A DNA stretch of 61,218 nt from Deltaproteobacteria bacterium (lineage in GTDB: Bacteria > SAR324 > NAC60-12), in NCBI GenBank assembly GCA_038150265.1, contig JAYOTF010000020.1, positions 1 to 61,218 on the forward strand, written 5' to 3'. The notes below the pieces were generated by a model. That model saw only the letters and a program-made list of their open reading frames with translations, was not told the DNA's origin and did no database searches. The translations under genes and the position numbers were made by a program. Numbering within the stretch: position 1 is the stretch's first letter; every line of letters begins with the position of its first letter. Of this stretch, positions 50,461 through 57,713 are shown piece by piece.

Positions 50461-51183
50461 TTACAGCTCGGCTCCCAGGTAGGCGGCCTTGATGCGGTCG
50501 TCTCCCATCAAGTCCCTGGAGTTGCCCTCCAGCACCACGGTTCCGGTGGAGAGGGCATAGGTCCGGTTGGAGATGGAGAGGGCCATGCGGCTGTTTTGTT
50601 CCACCAGCAGCACGCTCACCTGCTCATCTCGCGAGATGGCAACGATGGCCCGGGCGATGTCTTGCACCAGCTTGGGCGCAATTCCCAGGCTGGGCTCATC
50701 GAGCAGCAGCAGCCGTGGCTTGGCCATCAGGGCCCGGCCAATGACCATCATTTGCTGCTCTCCTCCGGAGAGGGTCCCGGCCTGTTGCTGAAAGCGTTCC
50801 CGGAGGCGTGGAAAGCGGGTGAGGACACTTTCCAGCGTGGATTCGATCTCGGCTTTGTCGGTCCGGGTGAACGCGCCCATGAGGAGGTTGTCCTTGATGG
50901 ACATGTAGGGAAACACGCGGCGTCCTTCCGGAACCATGACAATGCCCTTTTTGACAATGCCATCACTCGGCTGCCCATCGAGGCGTTCTCCCAGGTAGTG
51001 GATGGCCCCGGACTGGATGGGAGCGAGCCCGGTGATGGCTCGGAGGATGGATGACTTTCCAGCTCCGTTGGCGCCAATGAGCGCAACCGTTTCCCCCTGG
51101 TTGACGGTGAGCGACACGCCCTTGAGGGCATAGACGTGGTCGTAGTACAGCTCAACGTTTTCAAAACTCAGCATCTCGGTCAT
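50461..51183 (-). CDS. branched-chain-amino-acid-type ABC ATPase (LivF-like)
   Basis: GANGAGKS, LSGGEQQM, DEPSLG, VEQN. Confidence 0.93.
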   Translation of the reverse strand: MTEMLSFENVELYYDHVYALKGVSLTVNQGETVALIGANGAGKSSILRAITGLAPIQSGAIHYLGERLDGQPSDGIVKKGIVMVPEGRRVFPYMSIKDNLLMGAFTRTDKAEIESTLESVLTRFPRLRERFQQQAGTLSGGEQQMMVIGRALMAKPRLLLLDEPSLGIAPKLVQDIARAIVAISRDEQVSVLLVEQNSRMALSISNRTYALSTGTVVLEGNSRDLMGDDRIKAAYLGAEL

Positions 51184-51186
51184 GGC

Positions 51187-51969
51187 TCACATCCCAATCG
51201 CGGCATCTTCGGAGCCCAGGTAGGCTTCAATGACCTTCGGGTTATTTTGAATTTCCGAGGGCGATCCTTCCGCGATCTTCTCCCCGAAGTTGATGACGAC
51301 AATGCGGTCGGAGATCTTCATCACCGCCGGCATGTCGTGTTCCACCAGCAGCACGGTCACGTTGCGCTCGTCACGCAATCGCCGGACGAGGGAAACCATG
51401 CGCATGGTCTCTTCGTGGTTCATGCCGGCAAAGGGCTCATCGAGCAGAATGACTGCCGGATTGGTGGCCAGGCCAATGGCCATGCCGAGCGCCCGGAGGT
51501 GCCCCTGCGGGAGGTTGGACGCCAGCTCGTTCCGGATGTCGGAGAGGCCGAGGAAGTCGATGATGCCATCGGCAGAGGCGCCCAGCTCCGCTTCATCGGC
51601 ACGCGCCTGTCCGGTTCCAAAGAAGTACCCCAGCAACGAAGCCCGGGCCCGGAGGTGGTGGGCGACGACGATGTTTTCCCGGACGGTCATGGACCGGAAG
51701 ATCGTCGTTTCCTGGAAGGTCCGGACGACACCCTTGCGGGCCACCACGTGCGGAGCCAGGTTGTTGATGCGCTCCCCCTGGAAGAGGACTGAGCCACTGG
51801 AGGTCCGGAGGAAGGAGGAGATGAGCTTGAAGAGCGTGGACTTGCCGGCGCCATTGGGGCCGATCACCGACAGGATCTCTCCGACCTGGACGTCAAAACT
51901 GACATTATTAACAGCAACCAGTCCGCCGAAGCGTTTGGTCACCCCCTGGACCTGAAGGATCGGGCTCAT
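51187..51969 (-). CDS. branched-chain-amino-acid-type ABC ATPase (LivG-like)
   Basis: FGGLVAV, GPNGAGKS, DEPFAG, VEHDM; ATG at 51969 overlaps the upstream stop. Confidence 0.93.
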   Translation of the reverse strand: MSPILQVQGVTKRFGGLVAVNNVSFDVQVGEILSVIGPNGAGKSTLFKLISSFLRTSSGSVLFQGERINNLAPHVVARKGVVRTFQETTIFRSMTVRENIVVAHHLRARASLLGYFFGTGQARADEAELGASADGIIDFLGLSDIRNELASNLPQGHLRALGMAIGLATNPAVILLDEPFAGMNHEETMRMVSLVRRLRDERNVTVLLVEHDMPAVMKISDRIVVINFGEKIAEGSPSEIQNNPKVIEAYLGSEDAAIGM

Positions 51970-52934
51970 GCGCCTCCTTTCTTGCGGTCGAAGATGCTGA
52001 GGACGCCGTTCGGGAGAACCAGCATGAGCAGGATCATCAGGCTCGAGTAGATGAGCAGCTGGAACTTTCCGGTGCTGAAGAGCAGGTCCCAACCGAAGTA
52101 AAGCATCAGGGTCCCGAGCATGGGGCCAAACACGTAGCCCAGCCCGCCAAGGAAGCAGTTGAGCATGAAGTTGACGCTGTCAGTGACCTGAAAGGACGAC
52201 GGGTAGATCGACTGCGAGATGGCCACAAAGCTGGCGCCAGCCAGGCCTCCGAGGAACGACGAGATCGAGTAGGCCAGCACCCGGAGGTAGGCGATGTTGA
52301 CCCCAATGGACGAGGCCAGCTCTTCGTTTTGCTGCAAGGAGCGGCAGAGGTGGCCCAACCGGGAGTTGACGATGCGCCACATCACCGCAAAGGTGAGGAC
52401 CATCATGGTGACGGCCATCCAGTAAAAGCCGAGCTTGGGGTTCTCCATCTGCGAGAAGTCCGGAATGAGCGTCAGGCCGGCGATGGTGACGGCTTCCGGT
52501 AGCGGGATGGAGGTGATGCCCTTTGCGCCGTTGGTGATGGGAAGGGCCAGGGCGGAAAGTCGCCCGACCTCGGTCAGCACCAGGGTGATCATGGCAAAGT
52601 ACACCCCCCGGAGCCGAAGGATCGGCAGGCCAATCAGCACCGACAGCACCGCACAGAAGAGCCCGGCCAGCGGCAGCGTCAGCCAGAAGCTGACTTCAGC
52701 CTGCGTTACCAGAATGGCCGAAACGTAGCCGCCTGCGAGGGCGTAGGCGCCCTGACCGATGTTGATGCGGCCAATGTAGAAGGTCAGCCAGACGCCGGCT
52801 GAGGCAATGGAAAGCAGGGCCACCGACGTGAGGGTGTAGTAGAAATCGGAGCGCTCTGCTGCTGCAATGGCCCAGGGAACGATTCCGTAGACGCTGATCA
52901 GAAAGGCGAGGACGCCCACAAGGTGTTTGTTCAT
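51966..52934 (-). CDS. ABC permease (LivM-like)
   Basis: LRLRGVYFAMITL, GGLG..FGP. Confidence 0.9.
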   Translation of the reverse strand: MNKHLVGVLAFLISVYGIVPWAIAAAERSDFYYTLTSVALLSIASAGVWLTFYIGRINIGQGAYALAGGYVSAILVTQAEVSFWLTLPLAGLFCAVLSVLIGLPILRLRGVYFAMITLVLTEVGRLSALALPITNGAKGITSIPLPEAVTIAGLTLIPDFSQMENPKLGFYWMAVTMMVLTFAVMWRIVNSRLGHLCRSLQQNEELASSIGVNIAYLRVLAYSISSFLGGLAGASFVAISQSIYPSSFQVTDSVNFMLNCFLGGLGYVFGPMLGTLMLYFGWDLLFSTGKFQLLIYSSLMILLMLVLPNGVLSIFDRKKGGA

Positions 52935-52937
52935 GGC

Positions 52938-53807
52938 TTATCCCCAGGGCTTTCCCATCAGCCCTTGAGGACGGATGGACAGGAAGATCATGAGCGAGGC
53001 GAAGATGACGAGGTAGGTGATGTCGCCGTACGCCGCGAGGACGGTGAGCCCCACGCTTTCCATCATGCCGAGGATGAAGCCACCGGCGATGGCTCCGGAG
53101 ATGACACCAGCGCCACCGATCATGATCATCATGAAGGCCTTGATGGAGGTGGGACCTCCCATGCCGAGGTTGATGCCGGTAATGGTGACCAGCAGTCCGC
53201 CCACGAGTCCGGCCAGCATGGCCCCCAGGGCAAAGCCCAGCATGGAGTAGCGCTCCACGTCCACGCCCATCAGGCGGGCTGCCGTTTTGTCCTGCGCCAG
53301 CGCCCGCATGGCTCGTCCGGCCCGGGAGTGCTGCATGAAGAGGATGAACAGGACAATCATGACAATGGCAAGGACGCCAATGAGGATCCGGTCGTAGGGC
53401 ATGATGATCCGGAAGTCCCAGTTGAGAACGCCATTGACGATCTTGGGAACCCCCCGTTGCTTTTCGCCGAAGACGAGCAGGATGATGGCGTCCAGGAAGA
53501 AAGCGATGCCAGCGGCCAGGAGCATGGTGCTCTCCTCGCGCCGAGACTTTTGGATGACTGGGCGGAAGAGGTACTTTTCAATCACGGCTCCCACCACCAT
53601 CAGCACCACGGCTGAGGCAAAGAGCCCCACAAGGAACGGCAGCTCAAACTGCGCCACCACCGTGTAGGTGACAAAGCCACCCAGCACGTACATCTGGCCA
53701 TGCGCAAAGTTGAGGACGCTCATGAGAGAGAAGATCAGGGTCAACCCCAGAGCGATCAGCGCATACTGGGCGCCCAGGTATAACCCGTTCGCGACAATTT
53801 GTTCCAT
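52938..53807 (-). CDS. ABC permease (LivH-like)
   Basis: YALIALGLTLIF, NFAHG, GRAMRA, IGGAG. Confidence 0.92.
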   Translation of the reverse strand: MEQIVANGLYLGAQYALIALGLTLIFSLMSVLNFAHGQMYVLGGFVTYTVVAQFELPFLVGLFASAVVLMVVGAVIEKYLFRPVIQKSRREESTMLLAAGIAFFLDAIILLVFGEKQRGVPKIVNGVLNWDFRIIMPYDRILIGVLAIVMIVLFILFMQHSRAGRAMRALAQDKTAARLMGVDVERYSMLGFALGAMLAGLVGGLLVTITGINLGMGGPTSIKAFMMIMIGGAGVISGAIAGGFILGMMESVGLTVLAAYGDITYLVIFASLMIFLSIRPQGLMGKPWG

Positions 53808-53867
53808 GAGGGGCTCTCTGAAAGGACCCGGAAGTGACCAGGCACCTCCGGATCAGGGGAAAGGGGC

Positions 53868-55055
53868 TCAGTCCACTTGAGCCACAAACAGGGTCTCGAA
53901 CTTACCGTTTTGGTAAACGTTCACGACCAGCGGCACGGACAGCTGACGCTTCTGACCAAAGGAGCTCATGCCCACGTACTTGAGCTTGGCATTGCCCACC
54001 ATGTAAGGGTTGGCTGCTTCGAAGTTGACCATGGTCTGCTGGAAGGCCTGGACGTCATTGATCGCCTTCGGATTGGCCTTCAGGGTCTCCAGGATGTACT
54101 CGAGGGCGTAAACCTTGGTGTTGGACTCGTCGTTGTACTCGCCGAACATCTTGGTGTAGCGGTCCACGAACTCGCGCATCATGTCGGAAGCCAACTGCGG
54201 CGTGGAGGCGCCTCCAACGGAGATGAAGCCGTTGGCCAGTTCTCCGGCCCCTTCCTTGAGCACATTGGCATCCTGAGCCGTCTCGGTCGAGATCAGGCCT
54301 TCGTAGCCCAGTTCACGAGCCGAACGGATCAGCTGCGGAGCGTTGGCCGGAGACACACCAGACAGCACGAGCAGGTCCGGACGGGTCTTGATGACCGGCA
54401 GCACCACGGGGGTGAAGTCGGTGGTGTCCACCTGATAGGTGACGTTGCTGGAGACCACGTTCAGGCCCAGTGCTTTTGCGGCAGCCACTCCGCCGTCACG
54501 CTGGCTGAGCGGATCGGACTCGTTGGCGGCCACAAAGGCGACATTCTTGATGCCTTCTTTTTCCATCAGGTACTTGTAGATGGCCGGACCCGACTGATAG
54601 TTGGCGACCATGCCCAGGACGGCGTTGGAAGCCGGAGCGGTGTACAGCTCCTTCGGGAAGGCGTACGGGAAGTACATGATGCCCTTCTGCTCGGCAACCG
54701 GACGCACGGCAGCAGCACCGTCGTCCACGTTCGGACCCACCACGTAGTGGATGCCCTCTTGAGCCATTTTCTCCATGCCGGCAATGGCCCGCTTCGGATC
54801 CTTCTGATCATCAAATGCGACAATCTCGACATCATAGGTGGTGCCTCCAATGGTGACACCGCCCGTCTCGTTGATCCACGCCGCACGGGTCTCCATGGAG
54901 CGTTGGTTGGAAATGCCCCAGGCCGCTGCCGGACCCGAGGTGACGCCCACGAATCCGATCTTCAGAACCGGGTTGGCGGCGAAGGCTGACGTCCCAAAGA
55001 CGGCGCTGAACAGGGCCGTGGTGGCCATTGCTTTCAGGAAGCTGCGTTTTTTCAT
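53868..55055 (-). CDS. LivJ/K-like substrate-binding protein
   Basis: Signal peptide, SGPAAAWG, INETGG, DDQKDP, TDF. Confidence 0.88.
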   Translation of the reverse strand: MKKRSFLKAMATTALFSAVFGTSAFAANPVLKIGFVGVTSGPAAAWGISNQRSMETRAAWINETGGVTIGGTTYDVEIVAFDDQKDPKRAIAGMEKMAQEGIHYVVGPNVDDGAAAVRPVAEQKGIMYFPYAFPKELYTAPASNAVLGMVANYQSGPAIYKYLMEKEGIKNVAFVAANESDPLSQRDGGVAAAKALGLNVVSSNVTYQVDTTDFTPVVLPVIKTRPDLLVLSGVSPANAPQLIRSARELGYEGLISTETAQDANVLKEGAGELANGFISVGGASTPQLASDMMREFVDRYTKMFGEYNDESNTKVYALEYILETLKANPKAINDVQAFQQTMVNFEAANPYMVGNAKLKYVGMSSFGQKRQLSVPLVVNVYQNGKFETLFVAQVD

Positions 55056-55142
55056 TTGGATGACTCCTCTAGGCTTATTGAATTGAGCCGCTCGGCCCAG
55101 ACGCGGCTCCGCGTCCTTAGGCTGGCTCGGGCATAATCCTAA

Positions 55143-55186
55143 TCGTTAACAATCTTGTCAACATAAAACTTGGAATTGGTGCACAA
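55143..55186. promoter_or_regulatory. three candidate GntR/FadR-type operator boxes
   Basis: TCGTTAACAA (55143), TTGTCAACAT (55155), TGGTGCACAA (55177) fit TnGT-nn-ACnA and lie between the divergent SBP and GntR genes. Confidence 0.6.
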
Positions 55187-55286
55187 TGCCTGCATTTTTT
55201 CGGAGGTGACAAAAATGACATCGTCTGAAAGTTTGTTATCGTAGTAATGGATCCGCCTGACTGAACTGATTTTGAAGGAAACTCGT

Positions 55287-55991
55287 ATGCAACCGATGCC
55301 GGAGTCTCGAGAGGACGCGGAAGAAGAGTGGATTGTTGAAAAGATCTATGAGGCTGTGCTGGACCAGCGCCTGAGGCCGGGGGTGAAGCTTTCGGAAGCG
55401 GAGTTGTGTGAGGCCTTTGGGGTGGGGCGGATGCGCATTCGGCGCAGTCTGTTGCTGCTGGCGAGTCGGGAGGTGGTGGAGTTGCTTCCAAACCGGGGGG
55501 CCTTTGTGGCCAAGCCCACGGCGCAGCAGGCCACGGACATCTTTGAGGCGCGTCTGATCATGGAGCCCCCTTTGCTGAAGATGGTGTTGGAGCGGGCTCA
55601 GGCTCCGGACCTGGCCGAGTTGGAGCAGCACCTGCGTGCCGAGTCGCAAGCTCGGGAGGCCGGACGCCGTCGGGAAGCGATCCGGCTTTCCGGGTTGTTT
55701 CACACGCACGTGGCACAGCTTGCTGGAAACGCGGTGATGATGCGTGCGGTCAAGGACCTGGTGGCTCGCTCCTCGCTGATTATTGGTCTCTATGGAGACC
55801 CCGGGTTGACGAGCTGCCGTGATGACGAACACGCCAGCATCATTGAGGCCCTGCGGGCTCATGAGGCCGAGCAGGCGCAGGAGCTGATGGTGTCGCACCT
55901 GCAGCACCTGAAGGAGCACCTCGACCTGGGGCTGCAGAAGCATGCCCCGCAAAACCTCGTCCAGCTCTTTGCGGCCGAAAGCCTCTCCTGA
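55287..55991 (+). CDS. GntR (FadR/FCD subfamily) transcriptional regulator
   Basis: LRPG.KLSEAEL...FGVGR HTH, PNRGAFV, FH...AGN, EH..I FCD motifs. Confidence 0.93.
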   Translation: MQPMPESREDAEEEWIVEKIYEAVLDQRLRPGVKLSEAELCEAFGVGRMRIRRSLLLLASREVVELLPNRGAFVAKPTAQQATDIFEARLIMEPPLLKMVLERAQAPDLAELEQHLRAESQAREAGRRREAIRLSGLFHTHVAQLAGNAVMMRAVKDLVARSSLIIGLYGDPGLTSCRDDEHASIIEALRAHEAEQAQELMVSHLQHLKEHLDLGLQKHAPQNLVQLFAAESLS

Positions 55992-56170
55992 ACGACGCCC
56001 TGCTCCCTCGGCGAGCCGCGCTCCTGGTACCTGCCCAGGCGGCTCTCCGGGGCCGCTCTTCCCCTTTCCTCCTCCCTTTCCTCCCTTGATTCCTGGCGGT
56101 GTTTCCCGCGGTGCGCCCAGCGGTTTCTCGCGGTCTGACGCCCCTTCTGAAAAAAATCGCCTCCTCCAAT

Positions 56171-56197
56171 TAAAGAAATTCTCCCGACTGCCGATAC
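56171..56197 (+). promoter_or_regulatory. sigma28 (FliA) promoter, distal
   Basis: TAAA-N15-GCCGATAC (one mismatch to TAAA-N15-GCCGATAA). Confidence 0.75.
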
Positions 56198-56247
56198 CTG
56201 AAGCAAGAAAACAAGCCCTCTCGGGTGAGGAACTGACGGAAAAGCGT

Positions 56248-56274
56248 TAAAGGTTTTCTCGGAAGTGCCGATAA
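56248..56274 (+). promoter_or_regulatory. sigma28 (FliA) promoter, proximal, perfect consensus
   Basis: TAAA-GGTTTTCTCGGAAGT-GCCGATAA. Confidence 0.88.
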
Positions 56275-56320
56275 GAGAGGGAAGTTCAGGGAAGAGTTCT
56301 GGATCTCCCAAAGGGATCAG

Positions 56321-57203
56321 GCTCGGAACCACAACAAGATCTTTGACCGAAACAATCCTGAAGGCGGTTTGACAAATTATAGCTGGTGCGGTGTTGCCGT
56401 ACCCCGCCTTTGAGACCCGCAGCAACCCATCGGAATGGGTTGTCAAGACGCTCGGAAGTGAGTGTAGGTGGCCAGGAGCTTCAGACGAAGCGACCGCTAC
56501 CGAGAAAAGAGGCAGGATGCCTTGATTCCTCCCCCCAGTCGGGGACACCACGAAAGAGATGTAGATTTGAGTGCCCTTGGAAGGGTATTGGATCTAAGCT
56601 CCAGGGACGGAGCCCTTCATGCAGGTCGCAAACGGGAGTGCAACCCGTTTAACGAGAGCCTTCAGGACGTACCAGCTAAGGCTATGCCCACACCGATTCA
56701 GTCGGCATTCCTCTGAAAAGAGGGCCTCCTCGTGTTGAGATGCCCATGCACCTGACACGAGCCCGTAGGCCCTGGAATCAGGCCATAAGGAACGCCGAAG
56801 TGAATGAGGCCTCCCTCTTCGGAACCTCGTCGTGTGTCGTCTGTCTGCCACAGGTGCGGATTCGGACGTCGTGGTGCGCGCAGAAACCGGCTCGGTTCCG
56901 TGAGAACCGCTTCAGTCGGCTTTCCCAAGCGCCCTTCTCCTGGAACCAGGAGCTGCGTCTTCGCCCCTGACCAAAAGGCAGGAACCGTGCGAACCGATCG
57001 GTCGTCTGTGCGAAAGAAACAGGGCCTGTTCGTCGCCTCACTCTGGTGAGGGACGTCGGACTGAACCCCAACCTTTCGCCGATGCTGCAGGATGGGAACA
57101 GCGTCGCTTGCCTCACCGCCTGGTGAGGGGCGTCGGACTGAATCCGGATTTCCTGCTCAGGCAAACAGGATCGGACAGCGTCGCGTGCCTCACTGCTTGG
57201 TGA
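56321..57203 (+). pseudogene. highly degenerate short-flagellin remnant (fossil 1)
   Basis: Collinear motifs by eye: NHN 56327, GLT 56366, QD 56513, ALHA 56612, F 56708, LGSV/NRF 56891-56913, AKE 57010, AQAN 57155; multiple stops and frameshifts. Confidence 0.5.
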
Positions 57204-57222
57204 GGGACGTCGAACTGAACCC
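57031..57222 (+). repeat. three imperfect tandem copies, 77-nt period, each with a CCTCAC-loop-GTGAGG hairpin
   Basis: CG(G/A)ACTGAA at 57057, 57134, 57211; GCCTCAC at 57035, 57110, 57187; shared TGGTGAGGG(A/G)CGTCG. Confidence 0.9.
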
Positions 57223-57241
57223 GAATCCCTGGCCTTCGACG

Positions 57242-57640
57242 CGAACGAATCCGACTGTGTCTCTGACGCAGGGTTCCGGACTGCGCCGAGTGTCCAGACG
57301 ACTGAGCGCCGAGGTGCAGGCTTGCAGGCTTTCGTAAAGGCCCTCTGCTTGAAGCAGGCGGCTTTGCAGGAACCTCGAGCTGCACGAAGTTCTGAAGGAA
57401 GGGAGCGTGCGAAACGGGACGCCTCGGTCGAGACAGCCAATCTGCCTCACCGCCGAAGTGAACCCGCGCTCTGGTCCTCAGGTCGAGTGAATGGAACACG
57501 GACTTCAACCTTCCCCAAGGTTGTCCAGGCTCCACTCCATGCGGCCAACGGTTATCAGCGGCTTTCGAATGAGCCCCTTCCTGGGAGCTCCTGAAGACAG
57601 CACGATTGGTACGGCTTGTTTCATCAATAAAATTTTATTT
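57242..57640 (+). pseudogene. degenerate flagellin N-terminal-domain remnant (fossil 2)
   Basis: Collinear RLS 57299, LKQA 57349, RNLE 57368, VETA 57427, LTAEVN 57446, LHAANG 57535, FINKILF 57620, spread over shifting frames. Confidence 0.55.
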
Positions 57641-57713
57641 TCATTCCACTTACCGGTTCAGGGATGGGTTCGGTTAAGTGCTTTCGGGGAACATCTCGCT
57701 TGAAGGAGGATTT

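Larger units (their letters stand above)
56281..57713 (+). ncRNA. candidate long structured sigma28-dependent non-coding RNA or flagellin 5' leader
   Basis: No credible ORF; starts at the expected sigma28 start site; many short hairpins, several with GGA in the loop. Matches no RNA family I recognise. Confidence 0.5.

Noticed and set aside
756..54989. Long antisense or alternate-frame ORFs (e.g. 756-2822, 8087-9541, 12912-14825, 28177-29883, 32664-34250, 43273-45225)
   Set aside because: Shadow ORFs of well-supported genes, expected at high GC.
57031..57222. Bona fide CRISPR array
   Set aside because: Only three non-identical repeats, intervening segments share sequence, and no cas genes in the window. 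Reported as a repeat instead.
57607..57624. Sigma54 promoter (TGGTACG...) before flagellin
   Set aside because: No GC at the -12 position with the required spacing.
55992..57713. Short ORFs from the track (e.g. 56468-56716, 56740-56970, 57092-57337, 57322-57594, 56778-57440, 55859-56551)
   Set aside because: No clear SD, atypical composition, mutually overlapping. The plus-strand ones contain only fragments of the flagellin fossils.
56281..57713. Known RNAs: c-di-GMP-I riboswitch, tmRNA, RNase P RNA, hammerhead ribozyme
   Set aside because: Diagnostic cores (GGCAAA..GACGCAAAGC, tRNA-like ends, GAGGAAAGTCC, CTGANGA..GAAA in a three-way junction) not found by eye. An Rfam scan is still needed.
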